From: Octopus sinensis
Lineage: Eukaryota
Direction: 5' to 3'
Assembly: GCF_006345805.1 (NCBI RefSeq)
Contig: NC_043016.1
Coordinates: 25,110,001-25,174,000, forward strand
DNA: 64,000 nucleotides
Positions within the stretch are counted from its first letter, which is position 1; each line of letters opens with the position of its first letter. Positions 1-13,857 of the stretch are shown in pieces. The notes beneath the pieces were generated by a model. The model had not been told where the DNA came from. It worked only from the letters and a program-made list of their open reading frames with translations, and ran no database searches. A program made the position numbers and the translations under genes.

Positions 1-84
1 AGGTAGTTTATCTCATCCCTCTCTGACTTTCAGTTCATGCAATTGAAAAACGCATTACTTATGGGATGACCCAATATATACAGT

Positions 85-231
85 GGGCTTCTTTCAGTTT
101 CCACCTACCGAATCCACTCACAAGGCTTTGGTTGGTTCAAGGCTATAGTAAAAGACACTTGCCCAAAGTGCCACACAATGTGACTGAACCATGTAGTTCG
201 GAAGGAAGTTTTTTACCACATAGCCATACCT
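85..231 (-). mobile_element. tRNA-derived octopus-type SINE, head/central part
   Basis: Reverse complement of the SINE at 2531-2935 (GGCACTTTGGGCAAGTGTCTT...GAGTGGATT...GGAAACTGAAAGAAGCCC). Confidence 0.85.
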
Positions 232-899
232 CTGCTATTATTTTGTCTAGGTTTTTATTTAAGTATATCAGCTGAGCAAAAATCTAATGTTACTGAACAA
301 ATAACAAAAACAGATATTTCAAATACATTTTATGGTGGATTACACTTCTAACAGTTCAAAACCAGTCACCAAGAGGAAAAATGAATAAACAAATGCTTTA
401 ATATTATACTATTTATGAAAAAGAAAAGGAGGACTAACAACAATTAATCTAATAAATAATAAATATGCAGAACAGAGAAAATAGAGAATTGAATCTGAAA
501 GTAAACAAAAGTCTGTGTCAAAAGTTCAAACAATAATACAGGGTCAAAGTTCAAATTCTCCACTACCACCTCCACCATTATCACTGCTGCTACCACCACC
601 ACCACTTCTGCCAATGCTGCTACCACCACCCAATATGTCACCCTGTCAAAAAATAAAAAAAAGCTGATGTAAAGGAACCACCCACATTCTCTGAAGACTT
701 GCCAGTAACTAATTATCAACATATTCAATGGATTGTATCAGTGAACAGGTTGTGGAAGAAGGATGAAACTTTTTCACACTTCATAATAGACTGTACAAAT
801 GTAAAATAAATGTAAATTGAATATTGCAATGTTTAACTGTGTGTTCCAAAATGGGTATAAATGAGTTCTCCATAATGTAATTTTTTTTGTACCCATGCT

Positions 900-1229
900 T
901 TTGTGTATGCATGTGTGTGTGTGTTTGTGTATGTATTTATATATGTATGTATATGTGTATACGTGTATCCATGCATGTATGTATATGTATATGTGTATGT
1001 GTATGATATGTGCATGTGTACAATATGAGCATCTACATATAATATGTATCCCGAAATTGCAAAGATAATCTGGAACTTGACTGAAGATAGAAAACTCCGA
1101 AAGATATTCGTCCTTGTTTTCCTTGTATCGTCTGTCTGGATATTTTGTTTTCCTTTTATTTTTGTTTCACCTAACTGTCTGGATGTTTGCTTTCTTGTCC
1201 CATTTTTGTATTTTATATATATATGTGTG

Positions 1230-1277
<48 letters not shown>

Positions 1278-1375
1278 TACATATATTCATACATACATAT
1301 GTATGTACATACATACATACATACGCACACATGCATGCATGCACACACATACATACATGCATACATACATACATG
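900..1375. repeat. Compound (TG/TA/CA/CATA)n microsatellites
   Basis: Directly visible; these arrays explain the spurious YVCM/HTYI ORFs. Confidence 0.95.
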
Positions 1376-1548
1376 GTGGCTGCCCCCTCGTTATCGAGTA
1401 TGGCCATTGCACGAAGCTTAATCAATGTTGTTATTGTGCAATGCCTGTGCAAGATTTTTTTTTTAAAGTGAGGAAAGGCTGTGCACTGAGTCAATCCTAC
1501 TCACTAAGCAACAGCAGCCATAATCCGAAAAGAAAAACAAGTGAACAT

Positions 1549-1925
1549 CATCGGTAACCACTGAGCCGCAGGTTTTATGTCGGAGTTATCCCAGTTACAC
1601 GAGTTACCTTCTCCTAGAAGGATGCCCTAACAAAGGCTAGGAGTCCTTCACTCCCAATGGTTTAACCGCGCGATTGGGTATTCAGTCCGATTATTTCTAT
1701 GTCCCCGCACATGATACAGCCTTAAGACATTTATTGGATGACCGTTGACTCTCAAAAGTTCCTCCGCCCTTTGACGGGTTTTGTTTTTCATCCCGCGAGG
1801 TGTCCAATAAACACCCTCCTCACTAAGCAAGCTTGGTGGGGTTGCCGGTTTAGTCGCCAATGACCTGACCATGCAACCGGTTGTACTGGGTTACATGTTA
1901 CCAGTAGCACTCGAAACTGACCTAA
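1549..1925 (-). mobile_element. Probable 5' region of an RTE-type LINE
   Basis: CpG-containing block. The minus strand has TTAGGGCATCCTTCTAGGAGAAGGTAACTC, which resembles RTE 5' UTRs as I remember them; abuts a (CATA)n tract. Confidence 0.55.
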
Positions 1926-2530
1926 CATAACATACATACATGCATACATACATACATACATACATACATACATACATACATACATACATACATACATCCT
2001 TCCATACATATACTATAACTAAAAGGCTCCAAATTCCAATATTCAGAGTTGCTTGTTTCTGATCATCAGTTGATAAACCAAGCTTCATTTTCTTTTGAAT
2101 ATCCACTGTCTGAATATTTTTTTGAAATACGAAATGAAAGTTTGAAGGAAGCTCTTATCATTACCTTTATTCATTTAAAAATCTTTGTGAATGACATGTG
2201 CAAAAACGACTGCTTCAGGCTCATACTTTTGATTTCATTTCTGCTTCTCATTTATTACAAACATCATAAACTCTATAGAAGCAAAGTCATGAAATTGCAT
2301 TGCTTTGTCAGCAACATTCCAAAATAATACTTTTAAGGAATATTTTCAATTAATTCTCTTAATTAATGTTTTTAAAAACAATGAGTGTGCATGCAGGTGT
2401 TCATTTTGGATTTGTGTGTGCAGATGCATACATATATACATATGTACACTCATGAACCCATGTATATACACAGATTTAAATATTCTTGTATACATATATG
2501 CTTATATATATATATATAAATTTAGAATAA

Positions 2531-2935
2531 GGCGTAGGAGTGACTGTGTGGTAAGTTGCTTGTTTACCAGCTACATGGTTCCGGGTTCAGTCCCACTGTG
2601 TGGCACCTTGGGCAAGTGTCTTCTACTACAGCCTCGGGCTGACCAAAGCCTTGTGAGTGGATTTGGTAGACAGAAACTAAAATAAGCCCATCATATATAT
2701 GTATATATATATATGCATGTGTGTGTTTGTGTATATGTGTTTGTCCCCCTAGCATTGCTTGACAACCGATGCTGGTGTGTTTATGTCCCCGTTACTTAGT
2801 GGTTTGGCAAAAGAGACTGATAGAATAAGTACTGGGCTTACAAAAGAATAAGTCCCGGGGTCGAGTTGCTCGATTAAAGGCGGTGCTCCAGCATGGCTGC
2901 AGTCAAATGACTGAAACAAGTAAAAGAGAGAGTAA
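2531..2935 (+). mobile_element. Full-length tRNA-derived SINE
   Basis: A-box-like GACTGTGTGGTAAG, B-box-like GGTTCAGTCCC, internal TA/TG microsatellite and tail ending GACTGAAACAAGTAAAAGAG; many homologous copies in the window. Confidence 0.9.
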
Positions 2936-3018
2936 AAGAGTAAGGGAGAAAAATTGAATATTAATTTGATTAATATCAATTTAAAACCAGTGATGATTCA
3001 GAAAAATTATATTTCATA

Positions 3019-3232
3019 CATATAAGAGGGATGATCACTAAGTGAACATCCATTATGCTAGAAGTAGCCGCCCTATGGTCTTACCACTAAGAAAGGATTG
3101 TTCTCAAGAAAATTTAGCAAATTTAACGTTTGCTGAATTTTCTTGAGAACAATCCTTTCTTAATGGTAAGACCATAGAGGGTCTACTTCTAGCATAATGG
3201 ATATCCACTTAGTGGTCATCCCTCTTGTATAT
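3019..3232. mobile_element. Foldback/MITE palindrome, ~100-bp arms and 7-nt loop
   Basis: AGAGGGATGATCACTAAGTG...GCAAA tttaacg TTTGC...CACTTAGTGGTCATCCCTCT; only a handful of arm mismatches; TA-rich flanks. Confidence 0.9.
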
Positions 3233-3325
3233 ATATATATATATTTAGTTTGCAAGATTTTTTATGTGAATTCATGTGTTGAAGCATATAATGTACATAC
3301 ATATACCTATATACATATAATCACA

Positions 3326-4570
3326 TATAAAGTGGTTGGCTGAAATTTTCATAGGTTGACCAAGATATTCTCTTGGAATGAGACCAAATGAGGTTTATTT
3401 TTCAACATTGTCCCCCTTGAGGTCACTACACTTCTTCCATCTGTGTTGCAATGCTTTGATCCCATTCATGAAGAAGCTTTCATCCTGTTGGTCAAAAGAC
3501 TCATCAACAGCAGATATGATGTCATCATCACTGTGTGATACTACTTCCTAACCAAGTGTTTTTTCATGTTGATGAACGGTTAGATGGGGTCCAGCCAGGA
3601 GAATAGGGAGTTTAATCTATCAGTTCAAAGCCACAGTCACACACAGCAGTCATTGAAACCAAGGACTTTTGTGCTGGAGCATTGTCCTGATGAAACAAAG
3701 CTTCTTTCGTCAGTTTTCCTGGGCATTTGGTCTTGACAGCCTTTTATAACAGCCTCAGCAAGTTAGCAGAGTACTCTCCATTGATGGTGTGGCTCTTCTT
3801 GAAGATAGCCAATAAACACAATGCCTTTTGCATCAAAAAAAAATTGTGGCCATCACCTTCCCTGCAAATGAAACAACCTTGGCCTTCTTTGGAGCAAGTA
3901 AGGAGGGGTGTTTCCACTACATGGATTATCTCTGTGTCTTTGGCTAAAAGAAATGAACCCAACACTCATCTTGGCTTGGGAAACATTCAAGGAAACCAAC
4001 TGGATCTGCCTCAAACAATGTCAGATCTTCCTGTGATGTGATCAGCTTGGTGTGCCTTTGATCAAGAGTCAGAAGATATTGCACCCACTTAAAAGAAATC
4101 ATCTTCATACCAATTTCATTGTGCAGAATATTCTTAACTCTGTCATGGGATATGCTAATAGCATAGGCTATTTGATTTATAGTCAATCACCTGTCATCCA
4201 TCACCATATGGTAAACCTGATCAATGTTTTTTTTTCAATGGTGGTAATTACAAGAACCTAGACTCTGGGTCATCTTCAAGATTCTCCTTTCCCCTCCTGA
4301 ATTCCACTGTCCACTTTTGCAAAGTTGATAAAGCTAGAACATTATCCCCTATGTCAGCATGAATGTTGTTAGGAGTTAAACCCTTTTTCTGCAAGTCCTT
4401 GATAACACCACAATGCCAAATTTTGTCCATTTTCAAGAGAGTTTGCAACTAGTTGCTTTTGAAGTCTTCTCAGAATAGTTGGAAGAGTTGAAATTAGTGC
4501 ATGCACGTTTTCACTGCTCTAGCATCATTCATTCATAGTCAGCCTATGAACTTTGCAGCCCACCAGCATA
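3326..4570 (-). mobile_element. Degenerate mariner DNA transposon
   Basis: Imperfect TIRs (GGTTGGCTGAAATTTTCATAGGTTGAC / GTCAGCCTATGAACTTTGCAGCCCACC) with TA ends. Broken transposase ORFs (TINQIAYAISISHDRVKNILHNEIGMKMISFKWV; DTEIIHVVETP; LSTLQKWTVEFRRGKENLEDDPES). Confidence 0.9.
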
Positions 4571-4770
4571 AACACATACATGGGTATGTATTTATTAAAA
4601 TATATATTAATACATATCAAAACATCAAAACGTATGTTTTAATATATACATATTAAAAGATATATCAATAAAACCTATTAATTATACATTTCAAAACACC
4701 AACATTTTCTTTTGAAGCAGAATTATATGTAAGGAGGCTTGTATTTGCATAAAAGATATTTGGTCACATG

Positions 4771-5323
4771 TGTAACGAACTTAGTGATGTGAATATCTTC
4801 TCTGGACCTTTTGGGGGTGCGAGAAGCAATCACTTTCCGTTGCTTTAATAATCCAGATTCTCTACCAGTCAGAAACAACAAGACGCAGACGTAAATAATA
4901 TATATACTTTATTGTTTTATGGTGAGAGATCAGTGGTATATCTCATATCCTTGGTTCTGGGCGCGCAAGGCTGAAAGTTAATCGATTGTAATATTTACAA
5001 TGTTCAGCCGCTAAAAACAGAACGGGTTAAAGATGGCCGCGGAATATGAAGACGATGTTGTCCGCAACAATTTGGTAAAAATCTTCGGCCGACTGCTATC
5101 AAAGCTGGACAGCGAGAAAATATACATCCGTCGCCTTCGGTCGCTGCTGTCTCAAGTCGCTGCTTGCTGGACGTTGGTGGTCAACGTCTTACGATCCCCT
5201 TGCCTCGGCTAACTGCTACGTAGGCAAAAGGGTTCTTCTTCCGGTGGTGAAAGCACCAACGTCGCACGCGCGAAATACAAATGGACAGTGCGCGAGCGCG
5301 CGCCGTTGTATAGGATCACTACA
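4771..5323 (-). mobile_element. Solo LTR (probably Gypsy/Ty3-type)
   Basis: Starts TGTAACG and ends CACTACA (TG..CA). Identical 4-bp CATG on both sides (4767-4770, 5324-5327) is a TSD. AATAAA on the minus strand near 4910; CpG-rich. Confidence 0.85.
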
Positions 5324-5660
5324 CATGCATACTAGGCATTAACAGTTCATTTCTTTTGGTGCCTTGAGTAAAAATTCTCAGTTTGTCACTCAAACAAGGT
5401 TCACACTAAATCTTTGAAGTACTCATTCCTATACAGATACACATCATCTACAATAGACCAGTAAATTTTAAATTCACAAGGACTTTTCTCACACAAGAAC
5501 CATATAAACTTTGACAAAGCTGTAGCAAATTTTCTGTTGAGGCTAACAAATCAACGATTCTGCTGGAAATGACAGATTTTGAATGAGTTTTGTTGCCCCA
5601 ATACTTATTTATATTGATCACTGCTGTTTGATTCAATCTTTGCATACACACACACACACA

Positions 5661-5692
<32 letters not shown>

Positions 5693-5784
5693 GTGTGTGT
5701 ATGTGTGTGTGCAAGTATATATATATGCATATATGTATATGTGTATATACATATATGTGTGTTTTATATATATATATATACATA

Positions 5785-5962
5785 GGTGAAGGTGTGGTTG
5801 TAGCTGCGCAGTAAGAAACTTGCTTCCCAACCTTGTGGTTCCAGGTTCAGTCCCACTGTGTGGCAACTTGGGCTTGTTCCACCGTGGGAACAGTTCTGTA
5901 GCAGTGTTAATTTAAATTTGGCTGTGGTGGATCGAATCCACTTCATGCATGCAAAATTCACT

Positions 5963-5995
<33 letters not shown>

Positions 5996-6360
5996 AAGAC
6001 GCAGATGTGGCTGTGTGATAAGAAGCTTGCTTCTCTACCATATGGTTCTGCATGGCACCTTGCGTAAGTGTCTTCTACTATAGTCTTGGGCTGACCAAAG
6101 CCTTCCGAATAGATTTGGTGCACAGAAACTGAAAGAAACCCGTCGTGTGTGTGTGTCTTTGCATGTGTTTGTCCCCTACCACCACTTGACAACCAGTGTT
6201 GGTGTGTTTATGTCCCCATAACTTAGCAGTTCAGCAAAAGAAATTGGTAGAATAAGTACTAGGCTTAACGAAAGAACGTACTGGGGTCGATTGATTCGAC
6301 TAAAAATCCTTCAAGGCAGTGCCCCAGCGTGGCCTCAGTCTAATGACTAAACAAGCAGAA
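5785..6360 (+). mobile_element. tRNA-derived SINE preceded by a truncated second head
   Basis: Head fragments at ~5785 and ~6005; tail ends GACTAAACAAGCAGAAAG. Confidence 0.85.
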
Positions 6361-7679
6361 AGATATATATATAATGAATATGAATTATGTATGTGGGTGC
6401 ATAGAGAGTATAGAGTGGACGCATAATGATAGATTCATATACTTAGTCATATATCGACATGCAGAGGGAGTGGGGAGGGAAGGGAGAGGAAAATAGGGTG
6501 AAAGGGAAAGAGAGAAAATAGGGTGAGTCGTAAAAGGCGTCAATTTTTAACAATGAGAAACTAGAATTGTTTGTACCAGCACGCAACTGCAGAAAAATGC
6601 AACTGACATTTACACGTTCTCTCTCTTTCTCCCTCTTTCTGCCCCCTCTTTGTCCTACTTTCTATCTTTGTCTTTGTCTCTCAACCTTTTCCCCTTCCCC
6701 CCTTCTCTCTGAGACATTGACACCAGAGAGGGGTAAACAAACACATAACTCTTTTTCACGTTGTGAAATTATCTCACAATTTATCTTGAAAAGAAGTGTG
6801 GCTGAAAGCACTAATCTCTTTTAAGTATTGCAATGCGAATTAAATACCTTATACCACCGATAGTGTTACTAGGGAAATTATCCAATGTTAAGCGTTATAT
6901 ACCTGGTTCACAATTAATTCGAAATTAGGTTTTCAAGCACGAAATCTCTTTTTATTGTTGCCTTTAACTACTAAATCAGGTATTTGAAAAACTAGAAGTG
7001 AACAGCCATACATTGAAAGAACAACAGACATTGAACATAATTATCGACAGAACGAAGTGACTGTCAGTAATGTGTGTTATGAAGTTGGGATTAGGGTTAA
7101 GTCTACAGTTACAGGTTCGTCGAGGAAGAGAAAGAGAAAGGGTGTAAGAGAGAAGGGAGTGTATGTGTGAGAGAGGAAGAAAGAGAAATTTTTTAAAATG
7201 TGTAGAGAGATTCTTGTTTTTGTTGTTGCTTATACCCCAAGGCCGCCCCTTCATCGCTCTAGCCGTGAGAATCTCCTTTTATATTCAGACATGCTATATA
7301 TCTAACGAAAATTATCCAATGCATCCTACCGTTTTGTTGGATGTGATCTGGGGAGGAGACACAGTTGCTATTTCTGGCAGGTCGAATGACTGCACAAAGA
7401 AATTCTCATGGAGAGGAAACAGGTCCCATGAGTGTAGGATCGTGAGGATTGAAAAGAGGGGCAGACAAATAAGCTGTTTTAATGAAATTAACATGGTTTT
7501 AAATACATTAAACTTGTCCAATACCCTGACGAACAAAGAGTAATTATAAGGATATAAACCCATATTTTTGCTTTCCTTTCAATATAGTGGATGAGGGGAA
7601 ACATTTTCATAAATATTTTGGTGGGGAAAAAACTTTTTCACTGTTTTGCAGTGTAAATTAAGGTGTTTTATTCATATAG

Positions 7680-8095
7680 GCACACGCGTAGTTGGCTTTT
7701 CAAGTACATGGTTCTGAGTTCAGTCCTACTGTGTGGCACTTTTGGTAAGTGCTTTCCATTATAGCCTTGGGCTGACCAAAGCTTTGAGAGAGAATTTGGT
7801 TGACAGAAATTGCATGCAAAAAGGCGGCGAGCTGGCAGAAACGTTAGCACGCTGGACGAAATGTTTAGCTGTATTTCGTCTGCTGTTACGTTCTGAGTTC
7901 AAATTCTGCTGAAGTTGGCTTTGCCTTTCATCCTTTCAGGGTCGATAAATCAAGTACCAGTTATGCATTGGAGTTGATGTAATCGATTTAATCCCTTTGT
8001 CTATCCTTGTTTGTCCCCTCTATGTTTAGCCCCTTTGTGGGCAATAAAGAAATAAGAAGCTGCACGGAAACCCATCGTATGCACATACATATATA

Positions 8096-8130
<35 letters not shown>

Positions 8131-8320
8131 TCTACTACCGCTTGACAACTAGTAGTAGTGTGTTTACATCGCTACGACTTTACAGTTCAACAAAAGAGAC
8201 AACAAAAGAGGCTTTCCAAAAAATAATAAGCACTAGGGTTAGTAAGTTCAACTAAAATTCTTCAAGGTAGTGCCCCAGCATGGCCACAGTCTAATGACTG
8301 AAACAAGTAAAAGATAAAAG
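7680..8320 (+). mobile_element. Nested SINEs: a second SINE family inserted in the common SINE
   Basis: Common SINE head at 7680-7820 and tail at 8130-8320, interrupted by GGCGGCGAGCTGGCAGAAACGTTAGCACG...GAGTTCAAATTC (A/B boxes). Confidence 0.8.
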
Positions 8321-8411
8321 ATAAACGATATGCTACTAAGTTATTCCTAAGCTTTAGATCATTATGCCCATACCAATGGTGTGTTCAATAATAGTAGAGT
8401 TTCTTAACCAA

Positions 8412-8551
8412 ACTCAGACAGACCACATCAAGCACTCAAGCAGGCCACCTCAAGCACTCAGGCACACTGGCAGACCACCTTGGGTGCTCAGGCAGACCAC
8501 CTCAAGTACTCAGACAAGCCATGTTAGACTCTTAGGTAGACCACCTTGAGC
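8412..8551. repeat. 22-bp minisatellite, ~6 degenerate units
   Basis: Unit ~ACTCAGGCAGACCACCTCAAGC. Confidence 0.85.
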
Positions 8552-9917
8552 AAGAGATGACTTAAGATTCTCACACATGATGTTTTACAGTTAACCTTCA
8601 ACAAGACACAGTTCAGTTCTCTCCTCCCAGTTATCATTTATTTTATCTGCATTTTTCTTTTCTGGATAGCCAACAAAAAAATAATAATTTCCATCAATAA
8701 ATATGTTAAAAGTTCATGAGTCTGCTTCAGTTATTACTCACACAGCCAGTTAGACCAACAACAATGGTCACCAACATTACAATACACACCAACAAACACA
8801 TGCATACACAAGTACAAAACAGGGAGGAAAACTGTTTCCTTAGTTTGTACTATTGACTTCATCCCTTGTTGTTGGTTTGGGTCTTAAGAGAAATATTAAA
8901 TTTACAATGTTACATTCATCACCAATGATAGAGTAATGTTAACATAACAGCCTTATCACTTGTTACACAGTCACAATATGTGACATAGTAATGTTAACTT
9001 GACAGTCTTACTTACAGACACAGCTTGTAACATAGAAATGCTAATGTTACTATATAAGTCATCGTTTGTTAACATTACTGTCACTACCAGTGACACTATA
9101 ATGTTAACCTTACAGTCCTACAGTTACTACCAACACAATTGACAACCATTGAAACGTGTGTTCTTGCACAGACATGAATGTGCATATTTTGTTGGCATTT
9201 TGTTTACCAAACACTGATGTCTAGAAGAGAGAAGAAAAAAACTTCCAACTTTAAGCAGACTGATAATACTGTGTAACATGATTTTTGTCCTTAGGTAGCA
9301 ATTATTATTTCCTATTTGTTTACCCCTAGAAAATATGAAAAATGGCTAATATTTCCTTCAAACTTTGCTTTCCTCAAACTTGTCTCCACTTGGACAGCTA
9401 GAAGTAAACTCAACTGTTGAGCTTACAATCCCAGTATTTATACTGCCATCTATGTTGCCAGAACATTCTAGAAATTCTTGAAACTTTTAGATATTTCTCA
9501 AAAGTTCAAAAAAATTCCAGAAAGTTCTAGAAAATTCTGCTTCAGCAACTCAGTAATGAATCTGCCTGAAATGTAATGGAAAACAAATCAATTTCAGACA
9601 TTGATGTTCAGATCTCAAAAACAAAGTTTGAAGGGAATGGGAGTGATTTCATTCAATTTCTAGATAGAAGCAAATAGGAAATAACACTCACTAACCAAAA
9701 ATGAAAAAAATGAGAATTTTGTTACTCAGTATAATCCGCCCTTCCTTCTCATTCTTGTTCTCAGCTCCTATTGCACTTCCTCAGTAGTGTAGTAAGAGTG
9801 AGTGCCACCCAGAGCACAATTTACATATTTACAGGTTTATACAGCAGACCCAAAAATACCACTCATAAAAGTGTCCAGCAAATGGCACTCTCTATAAGCT
9901 ACACTACTACACTTTCT

Positions 9918-10126
9918 TTTAACCTTTTAGCATTTAAACCAGTCATATCAGGCCTAAATATTCTAATTGCTTTATATTCAAACAAGTTAGATCCAGACTC
10001 TCACACATATCCTACAATTATATCATCCTAAATCTCAAAGCTATGAGATAATGCATGATAAATTCAAAACAATGTGAATGAACAAGCATTACATTTGACA
10101 GAGTAATCTGAATGCTAAAGGGTTAC
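9918..10126. mobile_element. piggyBac-like MITE
   Basis: TIRs TTAACCTTTTAGCATT / AATGCTAAAGGGTTA; a related copy lies inverted at ~49170-49300. Confidence 0.7.
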
Positions 10127-10297
10127 ACCCTCTTTCCTCCACCAATTCTCTCTCCAATATATTTGCAGAAAATGCAAAGTTTTATTTCCAGTATATATAT
10201 ATATATATATATATGTTTACAACACCCCCACCCTTAGCTCATCGTTGTCGTCATCGTCAATGTCCTCGTCGTCGTCGTCATCATCATCATCATCATC

Positions 10298-10495
10298 ATT
10301 TAACGTCTATCTTTCAAGCTAGCATGGGTAGGGTGGTACCACAAGAACCAACTAGGCCGAAGCCTGCACCAGACTTCTGTGATTGTTTTGGCAGTATTTT
10401 TATAGCTGGATGTCCTTCCTAACACCAACCACTCAGCAGAGGCACAAGCACAGGCAAGGTGAGCAGTGCTTTTTACATGGCACAAGCACAAGCAC
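10298..10495 (-). mobile_element. RTE-derived 3' tail / SINE tail
   Basis: Reverse complement of GGAAGGGCATCCAGC...CCCATGCTAGC...GACGTTAAATGATGATG, as at 14960-15115. Confidence 0.8.
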
Positions 10496-10639
10496 TCTAT
10501 GAAAAAGGATTTGGTTTGAAATACTGGAAATTTTCCTCCAACTGCACACTGAAACTATCCTTCTAGGTATGGCTCTCCACATTCTACACACATAAAAAAT
10601 TAAAATCCAAGGCCATAAGTCCACCAAATATTTCATTTA

Positions 10640-11330
10640 TAATTGTGCAGCAACTATTCAGGCTAAAAACAAAGCCTACAATGTCTAGTGAAACTTACCC
10701 TAACAGCTAGGAAGCATTTATGCAACACAATATCCAGAAGGCCACTATCAGAACCCTGAAAGATAACTGCATTATTGAACATCTCTTAAAGTTATCCCAG
10801 CTTCCAAACTGTAGTACCTTAACAAAACTGTAGTACCTTAACAAAAGGATTTTCACCACCTTTGCAGAATCCCTTTTTCCCCTTCCCATTCATAATAGAG
10901 AACTATTTCCTACAGAGAAAGCCACCTGCTTCACTGTCTCCTTTACAACCAACTCCACACTACACACACTTGACAAATCTCCAATTTTGTCCCCTTTCAC
11001 TCCTCCAGCTCCATCATCTTGCATAAACATGTGACAAGTGCAAAAGTACTTTTAGTCACTTCAAGTTAACAAGACCACTACTCATGATAGTGACACTTCC
11101 ATTACCCTCAAACACTGCAACACAGAGCCAGTCCCTATACATACCAAATTCTTCAATCTCTCTACTCACTCTACATGGGCTTACTCCGATCTTTGGAAAC
11201 ATGCTATACTGTGTCCCATTTTCAAGAAAGAGAGCCCATCTGACCTTGCCAATTATCCTATTATACTCACTTCTAATGTCTCTAAGATAATGGAGACAGA
11301 CATTAAGAATAACATCCTCTAACACCTTGA
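10640..11330 (+). mobile_element. CR1/L2-like LINE reverse-transcriptase fragment
   Basis: Frameshifted translation WKHAILCPIFKKR..D.ANYPI..TSNVSKIME resembles RT N-terminal WKxAxVxPIFKKG..DPxNYRPISLTS. Confidence 0.75.
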
Positions 11331-11979
11331 ATTTCTCTCTCTCTCTCTCTTCCCTTATCAATCACCAGGTACAATTTTTATAAAGCCAGATACACAAGTG
11401 ACCTGTGCTCCTTCATCATCCGCCAGTGGGCTCTTGGCTAGGAGAAATTTTATTATTATTAAGTGAGAGAGCAGTGCATGCCATCAAAGTGACACTGGAG
11501 TAAAATATACGAAGCCCATAATACCCATCATGACTGCCTATCTGATAAGTGTATACCAGGCACATGCATTACAACCATATGTGTGTGACATGGTGATCTC
11601 ATATCAAGATAACCAGCATATGACCTTGCAGGTGGGGCCCTGTTAGAATTTTCTTCAGGTCGAGTAGCCCATCTCACTCAAAAGGTCCCTGAATAAGGGT
11701 TATTTAAGCATGTTGAATGAAATTATCCAATCCCCAAAGAATTCCTCTCAATACATGGCCATGATGCTCCCCCACTACTTCTGCTCGTGATCAGAGATGC
11801 ACATATCGTCAGCCACTAAGGGACATGCTCAACTGGTTAAGGTCAAACAACTGACAAGCAAATCTGTGGTATTGAGCAGAATATTTGCTGTAGCCCATCT
11901 TTTATACAAAGACAAAACAATGTACATGATAATACTTCCAATCAGTTAAGATCAGAAGCCATGAGAGCCAGTATCTGGT

Positions 11980-12017
11980 TCATCATCATCATCATCATCA
12001 TCATCATTATTAAAATT

Positions 12018-12059
<42 letters not shown>

Positions 12060-12109
12060 TATTAAAATTAATCATCATCATCATCATCATCATCATCATT
12101 ATTAAAATT

Positions 12110-12145
<36 letters not shown>

Positions 12146-12160
12146 TATTATTAAAATTAT
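11980..12160. repeat. (CAT)n with a recurring ATTATTAAAATTAAT spacer (higher-order repeat)
   Basis: Four (CAT)n blocks, each followed by the same spacer. Confidence 0.9.
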
Positions 12161-12582
12161 TATTAATATTTATTTCAAAAATGTAAATAAGAAAACGAAA
12201 AGTGTAGAAATGTGAAGTGGATGGAAGTAAGTCCCATAAAAAATAGCTTAAATGTTACACATTCAAGTACTTTGAAGGAGAAGTGAAGAGGAAGCAGGAA
12301 GGTGTTAGCAAGTAAAAAAAAGAGATCCATTGAATTGGTGTATATACAAACAAGTTGAATTACTGGAAAGAATTGTTGGTGAGGTTCAATAAAATGAAAT
12401 ACATATTAGTCATTTATCTTTTATTTGTTTCAGTCATTGGATATGGCCATGGCTGGACACCACCTTGAATGGTTTGGTCAAACAAATCAACTCCAGTACT
12501 TATTTTTTTAAAAGTTTGGTACATATTGTATCAATCTCTAAGTGATCAACTAAGTCATGGAGGGCAAACACAAAGCAACACA

Positions 12583-13857
12583 CACATACATACATACATA
12601 CATACATACATACATACATACATACATACATGCATACATACAACATACATACATACATACATACATACATACATACATACATGCATACATACAACATACA
12701 TACATACATACATACATACATACAACATACATACATACATACATACATACATACATACATACATACATGCATACATACAACATACATACATACAACATAC
12801 ATACATACATACATACATACATCCATACATACATACATACATACATACATACATACATACCTACATACATACATACATACATACATACATCATACATACA
12901 TACATACATAATACATACATACATACATACAACATACTACATACATCATACATACATACATACATACATACATACATACATGCATACATACAACATACAT
13001 ACATACATACATACATACATACATACATGGATACATACATACATGCATACATACAACATACATACATACATACATACATACATACATACATACATACATA
13101 CATACATACATACATACATACATACATACATACATGGATACATACATACATGCATACATACAACATACATACATACATACATACATACATACATACATAC
13201 ATACATACGTACATACATACATACATACATACATACATACATACATACATACATACATACATACATACATACATACATGGATACATACATACATACATAC
13301 ATACATACATTCATACATACATACATACATACATACATACATGCATACATACATACATACATACATACATACATACATACATGGATACATACATACATAC
13401 ATACATACATACATTCATACATACATACATACATACATACATACATTCATACATACATACATACATACATACATACATACATACATACATACATACGTAC
13501 ATACATACATACATACATACATACATACATACATGTATGCATGCATACATATGTACATACATACATACATACATACATACATACATACATACATACATAC
13601 ATACATACATACATACATACATTCATACATACATACATACATACATACATACATACATTCATACATACATACATACATACATACATACATACATACATGC
13701 ATACATACATACATACATACATACATACATACATACATACATACATGCATACAAGCATACATACATACATACATACATACATACATACATACATACATAC
13801 ACATACATACATACATACATACATACATACATACATACATAAATGCATACATACATA
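12583..13857. repeat. ~1.27-kb (CATA)n tetranucleotide array
   Basis: Directly visible; source of the 457-aa and 439-aa HTYI ORFs. Confidence 0.98.

Noticed and set aside
1800-1925. Twister- or HDV-like ribozyme at the RTE 5' end (minus strand CCAAGC..GAGGAGGG; GGCGACTAAACC)
   Set aside because: I could not build the required P2/P1 pairings by hand. A covariance-model search would be needed.
8412-8551. CRISPR-like short repeats
   Set aside because: Units are contiguous without unique spacers, there are no cas genes, and the context is eukaryotic; this is a minisatellite.
11775-11830. Minus-strand CTGACGA...GAAG hammerhead-like motif
   Set aside because: No GAAA/UH pairing and no helix I complement; part of a common dispersed repeat.
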